From Callorhinchus milii (taxonomy: Eukaryota), in contig NW_024704743.1 of assembly GCF_018977255.1 (NCBI RefSeq), positions 46,812,001-46,876,000 of the forward strand: DNA of 64,000 bases, written 5' to 3'. The notes beneath the pieces were generated by a model that did not search any database, was not told where the DNA came from, and saw only the letters and a program-made list of their open reading frames with translations. The position numbers and the translations under genes were made by a program. This document shows, piece after piece, positions 53,481 through 64,000 of this stretch. The first letter of the stretch is position 1. Each line of letters opens with the position of its first letter.

Positions 53481-53505
53481 AAATGCATGAGTATTTTGTG
53501 TATAG

Positions 53506-53664
53506 GAGCCTGGGCAAAAACTATGGAAAACCATGCTAGACCTGGAGAAGCAAGGTCTAGAAGCCATGCAAGACATCCTGAATTGCCAAGAGCATGTAGA
53601 TCCTTCGGAAGTAGCAGACCTCTTCTATGATTGTGTGGACACTGAAATCAAATTCTACAAGTGA
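53506..53664 (+). CDS. SCRN1: Secernin-1, last coding exon (stop TGA 53662-64)
   Basis: ttttgtgtatAG acceptor, phase 0. EPGQKLWKTMLDLEKQGLEAMQDIL...DLFYDCVDTEIKFYK*, the SCRN1 C-terminus with its FFAT-like motif. Confidence 0.95.
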   Translation, partial: EPGQKLWKTMLDLEKQGLEAMQDILNCQEHVDPSEVADLFYDCVDTEIKFYK

Positions 53665-56600
53665 TGTAAGCATGTTAGTAATATTTTTTCTTTATGCTTT
53701 AATATCTCGAATGAATGATGGATAGCACAGTGGGCTTGGAAACTGTCTTTTCCACCATAGAGTCTGGATGCAGCCCAGACAGGGTGGGACACAAGGCAGC
53801 TCTCTCTGCTGGTCTAACCAATCTAAACTATATATATATATATTCAATGGGAAGAAATGTTTGGTTTTAATATTGGAATTTCAGAAGATGAGGGTCTTGT
53901 GTTTAAAGGAGGCAAGCTTGGGTTTTAAGCAGTGTGTTTTAATATTAAACTGTTTGGGATTTCCAATAATGCATTTTATTGGATTTAATATTTTTGCTGT
54001 ATCGTTGGCAACGAATTGCCCCAATTTGGCAGCGGTTTGCTGTGTGGTGTATAAACAAGATCTCAGTCAATGCAAATATTTTTTTATTCAGGAGAAAGAT
54101 ATTGGCAAGCCGCGGTAGGTTGGATTCAGGAATCATATTCATCTTCATTTTCCTTGCAATTTTGAGATTGACCACTTTTCTCTTCTGTAACCTCTGCAGA
54201 CATATTTTTGTTGTGATCATGTCACTTTATAGAAAGAGAAGGAGGCCATTAAGACTATTGAACTGTTCTACCAGTTTATTTGACCACAAAAGATTTTTAA
54301 ATTTGTCTTTCCATATCCTAAAATCTACCAGTCCCCCAGATTCCTTGCCTATCTCTCTTTGAAACATCCCAGTTGATTCTACTTTTAAGTCCTTCTGGGT
54401 CAGTGCATTCTGCGCTTTCGCAACTCTTTGCAAGATATTTATTCTGATCTCAATGCCACCCATTCTCTATTTTTAATATTATGTCCTCCCTGGTTTGGAT
54501 AATTCTGGAAGTACTTGGAATTGCATTGTGAGTATGTCGGCAATGATATTTCACACACACTTGAGGCCCATTAGGCATGTATCTGGCAATCTGTACCGTA
54601 CGTTTGTGTGTGGGCATATTAACAAGGAAAGAATTTCAAACCTACAATCTGATATTTTATATAATTGTAGAGATGATAGAAACTGTGGCACATGAGGAGG
54701 CCATTCAGACCATAGAACCCATGCTGATGATAAGCTATTATGATCCCAGGTTCTTGCTTTTTCCCAGCAATCTCTCAAAATTATTCCTATTCAGATGATA
54801 TGCACCAACCTCATTAACCACTTATGGCAAAGCTTTCCATGTTCTAATAATCTTCTGTGTGAACAAAATCTTCTAACTGACCTATTGACATACCCATTGA
54901 CGATCCTGAGCTAATTAGAGAATTGAGACATATTTTAAAACAACTCATGGGAACTCTCTTCAACATTACCTGCTTTCAGAGAGGTGTTCTTATGAATTGC
55001 CATGCTACACTGGCTGCTGGAATCAAGCCCCACTTGGATCCTATTAGAAATCACTGAATTTTAGACCCCACTGGTGAGATCCTAACATGAAGCTGCTGCT
55101 GGCTGAAATAGGAAAAAATATTAACTTTTAGAACACAAGAAATCCTACACGAAAAAAATTTGCCATCCACCTTCCTGACGGTCGCATGCACGTATGTCCC
55201 AAACTAGCTATGTAACATATCCCATGACGTTATTTCTTAAAAGAAAACTATCTAATCTGTGTTTGAAGGAATCAACACTTAATTTCCTTGTTCTGTTGGC
55301 CCAGTAAACGCAAAGATTCAACACGTTATTTAAAAAAAAATTGAAATTGCCGTCTAATTTATAAATGTTTTCTACAAGTCTCCTGCTAACACAGTAATAA
55401 TCGGTGATTAAAATAAAAATGTTACTTGAGGAGCAAATGAATCTCTTTTTGAAACAATTCCAGCCACTTCACTCGTGTTTGTGTTCTGCAGGTAGAGGCG
55501 GTTGCCCATTGTTCACTTTTAGCCACTCTGGAGGAAGAGGGCGAGAGAGAAGTTCTTCATTCAAATAACTACAAAAGATCGTCTTGACTGAACTGAAGTT
55601 CCGAAAGAGGATCAGACTTACTCATCCTCAATTGGTCTCCTGTTCCAGATGTGTCAACTACTTGCTGAAGTGAATGCTTCATACGTCCAATCATGCATTG
55701 TCTAACTTTTGTGTCTAGTTGTAGGGGGCGGCCAGCGGTCAGTTACTAAATGTGTGCATGCGGGTTGATCTAAGGCAGGATCTTACAATTGCTTTCTGTT
55801 GTGACGGTAGCACTTACATTCTTCAAGTTCTTTCAATAATTAAGAGAATAAGACCCAGATGGTACAATGAGGAGAAGCAGGGCCAAGTCGATACTGAACC
55901 ATGGTGGTGTTTGTGGTGAATAGTTTGCCTGTCAAATGTGATTTAGACTTAACCTCACTCTTTCCATAGTTAAGGGGCGGCTTATGGGTTGATTTTAAAT
56001 AATGTATACTGTTTGGACCTATAGTCTTATCACAAATTTCTGATAAACCTAAAGTAATGATATTACAAAGGAGACAATATTTCTCTATAAATGTTAGTCA
56101 TCAGTGCACTGACAGTCTACTGAAAGAAAACGATCAATCCTAATTTACTGACAATGCTATGTACTATATGGTGGAAAACAAGAGGTAATGGCACTGAAAT
56201 AAAGGCTATGGTTTCAATTGTGCTTATAATTGTGACAGCCTTGATCTTGCTATTTAAGATGTTGTAATGAACTTGTAGCCTTACAACTCAGTGGAGTGTT
56301 TTCCATCACCCTCTTCATGCCATTTCTTGAATAGTGTGCTTCCTGCTTTCAGTGATCTTCTTGAAGGGTATCTTTGGCCGTCTTGGAGCAAAGAACAGGA
56401 GCTCAGTGGACAAACACAATGGTGCAAACCAATACCTGTCTTTCTGCCTCTTCATCATTGGTCTACAGAGTTACATTTTGTTACACGTTGGTTACATTCT
56501 CGTCTGATAGATTCCAGTCGTTTTGTATCCAGTGTTTCTTCTCCTCAAGGAAATCTGGTATGGTTAGCTGCTTCTAACTAATGCCACTTATTTTCAGAGT

Positions 56601-57451
56601 TTAAAAAAAAATCAGACACCTTTCTTGGCCCAAGATACAAGGCAAAATGTTCTCTCCTTCCATGTTGCATGATATGTAATAACAAATTCATTGTAGTTGG
56701 TGTCAAGTTAGTTAGTTGCCCTCCATCGTAATTGTCCTAAACATGGATCCATTAACTGCTCCAGCAGCCATGATAAAATCCCCACTTGTCTCCCATTTCC
56801 AAAAATACTGTACATAAATGGTGCCACTTAAGCCTGATGACCATGATGACTGCAGCAATCTCAAAAGTAAAAAGTGATTTTGTTGTTTAACGTTTGTCGT
56901 GATTCAGTCGTTTACTAAAATCTCTGTGTAATGAATGTGAGTAGATGTCTTCATTCAGTCACATTAAATAGTGAATACTGGTAGAACAGCAATAGGCTGT
57001 GACACTACTGGTTCCCCCTTGAATTGTAATGAACTATCACAGTCTGCTACTGTCATTTCTTACTAAACTGAACTGTTGTATAAGTCAATAGTGACTGTTG
57101 TATAAGTCAGGAGGCTGCACTAGATCCTAGTACCATACATCACAGTGTGAGTCCTGTGCATGTTGTCATCAATATCAGTTGTATCAGTGGGTGTTGAATC
57201 TAAAGATGCAGTGTGTGGCAAATTGAAGTGCACTGTTTAGACATTTGCAGTGATGGTTGAATTTTCTTGGTCACTTTTGTACTGGTCTGATGTACCTTTA
57301 TTTCCTAGTTCCTTCAGCTTGTCATGGCAGTGGAAATGTCTGGATCACACTAGAACCGCTTCAGAATTTTTCTCGTTTTTTTTGCAAACATGATGTGGAT
57401 TTGGTCTGCTTTTCCTCCAGCAGAACAGTGGTGTGCAGAGAATAACGCTAT

Positions 57452-57457
57452 AATAAA
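57452..57457 (+). promoter_or_regulatory. Candidate SCRN1 polyadenylation signal
   Basis: AATAAA followed ~15 nt later by CA dinucleotides and then a GT-rich stretch (57490-57520), at the end of a repeat-poor ~2 kb block. Other AATAAA hexamers near 55412 and 56198 are alternatives. Confidence 0.45.
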
Positions 57458-57989
57458 CTAATCAAAAACACAGTCTCTGGTATTGGATCTGTGTGTGTCT
57501 CATGGGTCAGTGTGTTGTGCGAAGGTTGTGAAAGATTAAGCTGAGCAGATGTGGAATTTATTTTGATCTTGTTTGTTCTTTCAGCAATGGCACCGACCAA
57601 GTTTCTTTTACTTTCCTCGTCTAGTGTTCTGAGTGCTATTATAATTGTTTAGAGAAGTTCTATAGAGCAGTCAGTCCAGTGTTAAGTTGATGCATTTTAA
57701 AATTGACCCTGAGCCTTATTGAACATTTTAGAGTCATCCTTTAAGAGTTTGTATTCTGAACAAATGCACAAATATTGGTGACCAAGAGCATTTATTGTTT
57801 ATGAAGTAAACACATTGCACGTTGAACATACGAATCCTTTGAGCGTGTCATTAGTTTGTCTTCTGTTAAACAAAACTGCACTCACCAAGTATCTCGTGTT
57901 CAATGTTCTTAATGGTGGTTTAACAGTGTTCTGTTAGTTTGACACACTAGATTATGAATTTGGTCTTTAAGATTCTGAAGGGAATAGAT

Positions 57990-58320
57990 AATATAGACCA
58001 TGATAAGCTGTTTTATCTTGTATTGAACAGTAGAACCAGAGGACACGACCTGCAATTGAAGGGGGGTAAATTCAAAACAAATCTGCGGAAACACTACTTC
58101 TGTGAGTGGGAAGTAAACGTATGAAACAGCCTCCTAAAAGAGATGGTGGAAGCAGAATGTTATTTGTTTCAAGAACAAATTGGATAGATTTCTGTTAGAA
58201 AATAATATCTCAGGATATAGTATGTAGTTTGGGACATGACATGTCAAACAACTGCCAGGATGGTGGAAGGTGAACTCGATGGACTTTGGTTATTTCGCCT
58301 AGCTAATTCTTATGTTCTTA
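57990..58320 (+). mobile_element. CR1 LINE 3' end
   Basis: RTRGHDLQLKGGKFKTNLRKHYF...NSL; ttcttatgttctta tail. Confidence 0.85.
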
Positions 58321-58802
58321 TTATACAATAATCCAACCAATTGCACTAAATTGTGATCCAAGGCCATCAGTATTTAAATACGTTTTTTTTTGCCCCAAGG
58401 GAGTTATTGCACTTCTAAACACAGAGTAACATCCTTTGATAGCAGCCACCAGATTTAATTTGCTTCACTTACTAATATGAGAGGGTCATTGCACTATGTA
58501 GTGAAGGATTATTGCATTCAACAGAAAGATGGAAGCTTTATTTCCTGCTATTTTAAGCACAAGAGGACATTGATGACTATGACCCTTTTAATGCATGTAA
58601 GGGAACAGTCTTGAGTCTGAGCCATAGCTCATAGGTCAGTGATTGATGGCATTTAGATGCAGTCAGTCCAAGTGTTTCACTTGATTCCTGAATTGTGCAT
58701 GGTTTAATTTATGTTGGGAGGGTGGATGAGCAGATGGGTACTTTGCAGAACCTTTACTCTGGATAGCATGCTATCGAATTGCATTCTATTCGATGGAGTT
58801 AC

Positions 58803-58960
58803 TAATAACAATAATCCTTGCATTTGGTATAGCACCTTATCAAGCCATTGAAACGTCTCAAAACGATTCAAAAATATACTGTAAAGTGAATTGACTGTTT
58901 TGTGAGCGAAACACAACAGCCAATTGCACACAGCCATATCCCACAAAGTCATGGACCACA
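58803..58960 (-). mobile_element. SINE 3' half
   Basis: Tail and body match full copies. Confidence 0.75.
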
Positions 58961-59464
58961 AACTCTTAAGAGAATGGCCCTAAAATGTTAAATAAGGCTC
59001 AAGGTTAATTATTATTATTTTTTTGAAAGGAAATCAGATATCAGAAAAGTGAGAGAGAGACGAGAAAAGGGGGCAAAAAAAAGGATCTGAAAATCCTTCA
59101 GGCCTTTCTGGCAGTATGCCACTATTATTACTAACACAAATCTGAGAATAGTTAGTAAAGAATACAGCAGATTCTATTCATCTGGTCCCTCTGTTTCTCT
59201 ACAAACTGCATAATAAGTGTCATTATACAAAATAACAACTCTCTGGTATAAATACAGCATTTGTAGAGTTCACAGTAGAAGGGATGAGGTCTGTAGAACA
59301 AATAGGTTTGATGTAATGAATGACATTTTTGCAAGCTTTTATATTATGTACAGTACAGGGCCTCGATTTAACATCTCATGCAAAGGAATCTAACAGTACA
59401 GCACACCCCCAGCAATGCATTAGGAAGTCAACCTAGGTCCTGCCGAACCTTTGCACTAGTTTAG

Positions 59465-60388
59465 TCCAACCCCCTCCCTACCACCACTCCTCACAATTAC
59501 CCATCTGACAATTACCCATCCCTCCTTCCACACCTTTAAACCTGTCATCCCCTGCTCTGACTTCAACACGGTAACCTCCGTGGAGCCCACCACCTGCTCC
59601 CTCAACCCCATCCCTACCCCTCTCCTTAAATCCCAGCTCCACCTCCTTACCCCACTACTCACCGACATCACTAACCTCTCCCTGTCATCTGGCACTGTTC
59701 TGTCCCCCCTCAAAACAGCCATTATCACCCCCACCTTGACAAAACCTTCCCTTGACCCATCACAGCTATCTAGCTACCGGCCCATCTCAAACCTCCCTTT
59801 CCTATCCAAGGTCCTTGAGAGAGCAGTTGCCTCCCAGCTTCGATCTTTCCTCTCCTCTCACTCCTTCCATGATCCCCTCCAATCGGGTTTCGTGTACTCG
59901 CACTCACCAGGCTCTGTGACCCCATCATTCCCACCTTCGTCCAACTCCACTGGCTCCCCATCCCCCAGAGGATCGAGTTCAAGATCCTCGTCCTCACCTT
60001 TTAGGCAATCCATGGCCTTGTCCCCTCCTACCTCTCTGACCTGCTGACTCCCTACCAACCTGCCCTCTCCCTCCGTTCAGTCGGCTCCGGCCTGCTCCAT
60101 GTCTCCCGCCCGACCCGCCCTACCATCAGTGGCCGGGCTTTATCCTCTCTGCCCCCACAATCTGGAACTCCATTCCATGGTCCCTTCGCCTCGCTTCCTC
60201 CCTTGCCTCCTTCAAGGCTGGTCTCAAGACCCTTCTCTTCGACTGTGCCTTTGGTCTCCCTCCCACCTCTCTGCCTTTCCCCACCCCTCCCCCATGCTTG
60301 GGCCCTAACACCTAACTGTTCAGTGCTTTGGGACGTCCTCCCGACGTGAAAGGTGCTCTATAAATGCAATTTTGTTGTTGTTGTTGTC
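59465..60388 (+). mobile_element. L2 LINE with ~830-bp internal deletion
   Basis: YRPISNLPFLSKVLE...QSGF fused directly to the C-terminal region; intact 3'UTR and (TTG)n tail. Confidence 0.9.
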
Positions 60389-61072
60389 TAGGTGAACCTG
60401 TTTCAAATTGATGCCTTATTTCCAGTTTTTATGACATAAATCATGAAAAATTATTTTGTGGGCTGACCTAAGAGGTTGGCCACCACTGGTCTAGGCTATA
60501 TGAGTTGTAAGTCCTAATGTGGGGTTTGAATCGACAACCTTCTGACTTGGAGGCAAAAGGACTACCAACTAAGCCAGGCTGACACACCCCCAAAGACCCC
60601 TGACATAAAGTGTTCAATACTGATTCTGCCCCAATAATTGTAAAGAATGACCCCAAGATCTGAAGCATGATTAACACAAAACACCAAAAGATGAATGTTT
60701 CTATTAAAAAGATCAAAACACCTGTGTGATATTCCAAATCTTACTAAGCTTCTGCTATTGATGCGATTCGTAATCATGATGAACGATTTCATGTGACGAG
60801 GTTGCCTGATGGGATGATTTTCCACAGCAGATGATAGCCTTAATCCAAGATATTTGACTAATAGGTGAATCAGATCAAATACTGTACTTTGTGCATTTCA
60901 ATGATGATAAATTACACACTGAGAGAACATCCCTTATACCTTAGTTGATAAACATACCACATGGTGTAGCATTAAAAACCAAGTGACAGGTTTGTGAATC
61001 TGGGTTTGTGTTGAGTAAATTGATTTCATCTGGGGCAATTGTGAGGATGTTACATTTGACTTCAGATCTCCT

Positions 61073-61383
61073 ATAATAATCCTTGCACTTTGATATAACG
61101 CTTTTCACGTCGGGAGGACATCCCAAAGCGCTTCACAGAACACACTGTAAAGTGAATTGACTGTATATTTGTGGACGAACGCGGCAGCCAATTGCGCACA
61201 GCAATGTCCCACAAACAGTCGTAGATTGAAAATGACCAATTTATTATTGTTTTTGGTTTTTGGAGGGATTATTATTAGGCGTGTGGAGTAAGGAAACTTA
61301 CCCAAGGTTTCGCCCTGCCTGGAGTTGAACTCAGTTCTCTTGCTTGCAAAGCGAGTGCTCTAACCACTGAGCTACAGGACTCC
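61073..61383 (-). mobile_element. Full-length tRNA-derived SINE
   Basis: Near-identical to 12165-12480. Confidence 0.93.
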
Positions 61384-61984
61384 ACAAATCCTATGGTGCA
61401 TCAGCTAGGATTCCCATACCAATGGCCCCTGCTGGAAAGAGCAAATTGGAGGATGTCAGGTCTGCAAAGATTTGGACTTCATTTGTTGCTTACCACAGTC
61501 AATAGCCTGCAAGCACTCGCTGCCTGAACCTACACATGAAGAATGACCACTTGGGGTAATTTACAGGTGAGTGTCCAGTCGAGTTGGAACCCTATGTCAG
61601 CACCTTTGGGACCAGAGGAGGGATGAAAAAGATGCTTAAAGGGGGAAATTGTGGGGGGAAGGAAATTGTTTTAAATAAAGTCAAAATATTTTCAGTTTGG
61701 TTGCAATAGTTTTTAATTTTATTTATTTTTATAAATCAAAGCAATACTATTTTAAATGCATCTCAGGTAGGGGATCTTTATGGAAGAGTATCATTCACTA
61801 ACTTCCATTTGTTAATTAGACTGAAGTGCCAAACCGATGCAGCTGATGGCAGTGCATGACAACATTTCTGTATTTATATGGTGCCTCTCACATAGGATAA
61901 TGTCTCAGTGTACTTCACAATAACTTCACACCTGCAGACAGTACAGTATAGTAGGATTAGTGTGTGGGTTGCAGTGCAACAAAT

Positions 61985-62410
61985 AAAAACAACAAAATCA
62001 CATTGATATAGTGCCTTTCACGCTGGAAGGATGCACCAAGGTGCTAGACAGTTAAAGATTTGCACCCGAGCTGGGAGTTAGAGGGTCAGAGGTTGTTGGT
62101 GGTTGAAGATACGGTCAAAGAGGAAGGTCTTTAGACGGTCCTTGAAGGATGTAAGGGAGGGGACTGGGCAGAGGGATTCTGCGGTGGAATTACAGAGGGT
62201 GGGGTAGAAAGAGTGTAAGGAGGAGCAAGGCCGGGGAGGACTTTAAAAGTGAGGACGAGGATTTTAAACTTAATCCCCTGAGGGATGGAGAACCAGTGGA
62301 ACCCGGTGAGAATGGGGTGACTGGTTCCAGAGCTTGGTATGGGCGAGGATGCGCACTGCAGATTTCCAAATAATCAGAAGCTTGTGGAGGGAAGAGGTGG
62401 TGAATTGAGA
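61985..62410 (-). mobile_element. Older L2 3' fragment
   Basis: Reverse complement of a HWFSIPQGIKFKIL-like region plus the L2 tail. Confidence 0.75.
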
Positions 62411-64000
62411 ACTTCATTCTTAGTCAATTTTAAGAGTGCAGTTTCCAAAGTCACGTGAACAAATCTACTCCTTTGCTGATGGAACAAGCCATTGGGTGAG
62501 TTTGATCTGAATCAAAAGGAAGAGAATGAGGCAATTATAAAACTGCTGATGGCATTAATGTAGTCTAAATACTGGTTAAACATATATTTTAATAGGAGCT
62601 GTGATACGTATCATTACATCTTACCATGATATGCTAGTTAAACTACTAATACAGTTGTGGACCAATTCTGTTTCAATCCTGTTCATCAGCAAAGCTTTCC
62701 AAATGGCCTGCATAGGCTTTGCCATTATTTGCATCATGGTTTAACCTGAGATGGCAAAATCATGCAAGCAGATGTGCAAACCCAATGTGAAATCTGCCCA
62801 CATGCATAAGACAACAAAAGCAATGGCCTGCAGACTTAGTTTCACACTTACATGTAACAAAACTAAATGAGAGGCAGCTTCTCAGGTTCCACAAATGGTA
62901 TTTTGTGTGGCATGTCTCTACAGGGGGTTTGCCAGACGAAAAGTACGGAGATACTGATAACAGTGCACTCTACTAATCATTGTATTTAAAGCACTTAAAT
63001 AATAAATAGGGTCTATTTACAATTAAAACAACTTTAAGGTCCCCCCCATCACTGCCCCCTCCCCCCAAAAAAATATCTCGATACCATCACCAATCAATGC
63101 TTTAACGTCAGACTTGTGGGATAGGATAAACAAAGGAAACTGAATTTGCATTATTTGCATTGCTCATTCACAAGGGGGAGGTCTCCATGTACAAAACCAC
63201 AATGCAGATTCGCTGTCATGTATAGAGTACAATAGTGCCACCTGCTGACATAACTATTGCAGTAATAGATGAACAAAAGATGCAATTAGAAAACAAGATA
63301 AAAAGATCAGCATTTATAATCAACTGTGAAAGACTCCAAGCTAATTTTACCATCCACCTAAGGGGGCACAGCCTGCTTAAAGAGTAGTACAAATGCCAAC
63401 CATTTTAATATTAGCCAGTTACAGGAAAAATGTGCAAGAGATTTGGAGGGCAAGAGATTTGGGGAGTTTCGTTTCATCAGTTTAAAATTCCTGCAGAAGC
63501 ATAAAGTTAGGAGGATACCACAATTGAGCACTTTTCATACAGTTAACAGCAGTGAAGATATAAAGCTATAATGTATCTGATAAACTGTTTCGCACATCAT
63601 TACTTCTCTTCAAATGTTCAACTTTTGTAAAGAGATGAACAATTCTGTGATAAAAAGAGAAAAGGCTAGAGATTCACAGTATAGAAGTCAGCGGTCAGTG
63701 TGCTAATGTTCTCTCTGTAAGTTTACCTTGTTTTTTCTCTTGCAGATGAAATAACCAGGCAACGATTTAAGATGCTGTGATTTCCAGAATTTCCATTTTT
63801 ATTGCATTCAGTTTTTGTTTTTAGCTCCAAAACGTTTGCATATCATTTCTGATACGATTTAAAAATCCTTACATTTGGTATAGCACCTTTCACATCAGGA
63901 GGACGTCTCAAAGCGCTTCACAGGATATTCTGTGTGACTGTGCGCTTTGTGGGACTTTGAATATATTTTTTTAAAAAATTAAATGGAATTTTACTTTTTC

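Noticed and set aside
53768..54798. Cluster of overlapping ORFs after the stop codon
   Set aside because: No recognisable protein; overlaps degenerate CR1-like debris and AT-rich sequence.
62400..64000. 3' end of a neighbouring gene on the minus strand
   Set aside because: No coding exon recognised; expectation from mammalian synteny alone is not evidence.

Overview
Vertebrate genomic DNA, not prokaryotic. The repeat content (tRNA-headed Deu-type SINEs, L2, CR1, Penelope-like ends) suggests a cartilaginous fish, possibly a chimaera; the taxon is an inference. The window holds all seven coding exons of one + strand gene, secernin-1 (SCRN1): 11956-12114, 30642-30823, 41727-41929, 42973-43176, 44470-44635, 46420-46600, 53506-53664. 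All introns are GT-AG with compatible phases, giving 1254 nt and 417 aa. The non-coding first exon and promoter were not located. The rest is intron or flank filled with decayed retroelements and MITEs, and almost every ORF in the supplied track is a LINE fragment or spurious. I see no clear new multi-gene system. The best leads are a U2 snRNA 5' fragment fused to an unexplained ~420-bp unit, a candidate 3'UTR intron or alternative last exon that would remove the FFAT-like motif, a hammerhead-like relic in a Penelope-like end, and a covarying 3' stem-loop shared by SINE and L2 subfamilies. Comparisons with reference proteins and repeat consensi are from memory and were not run.
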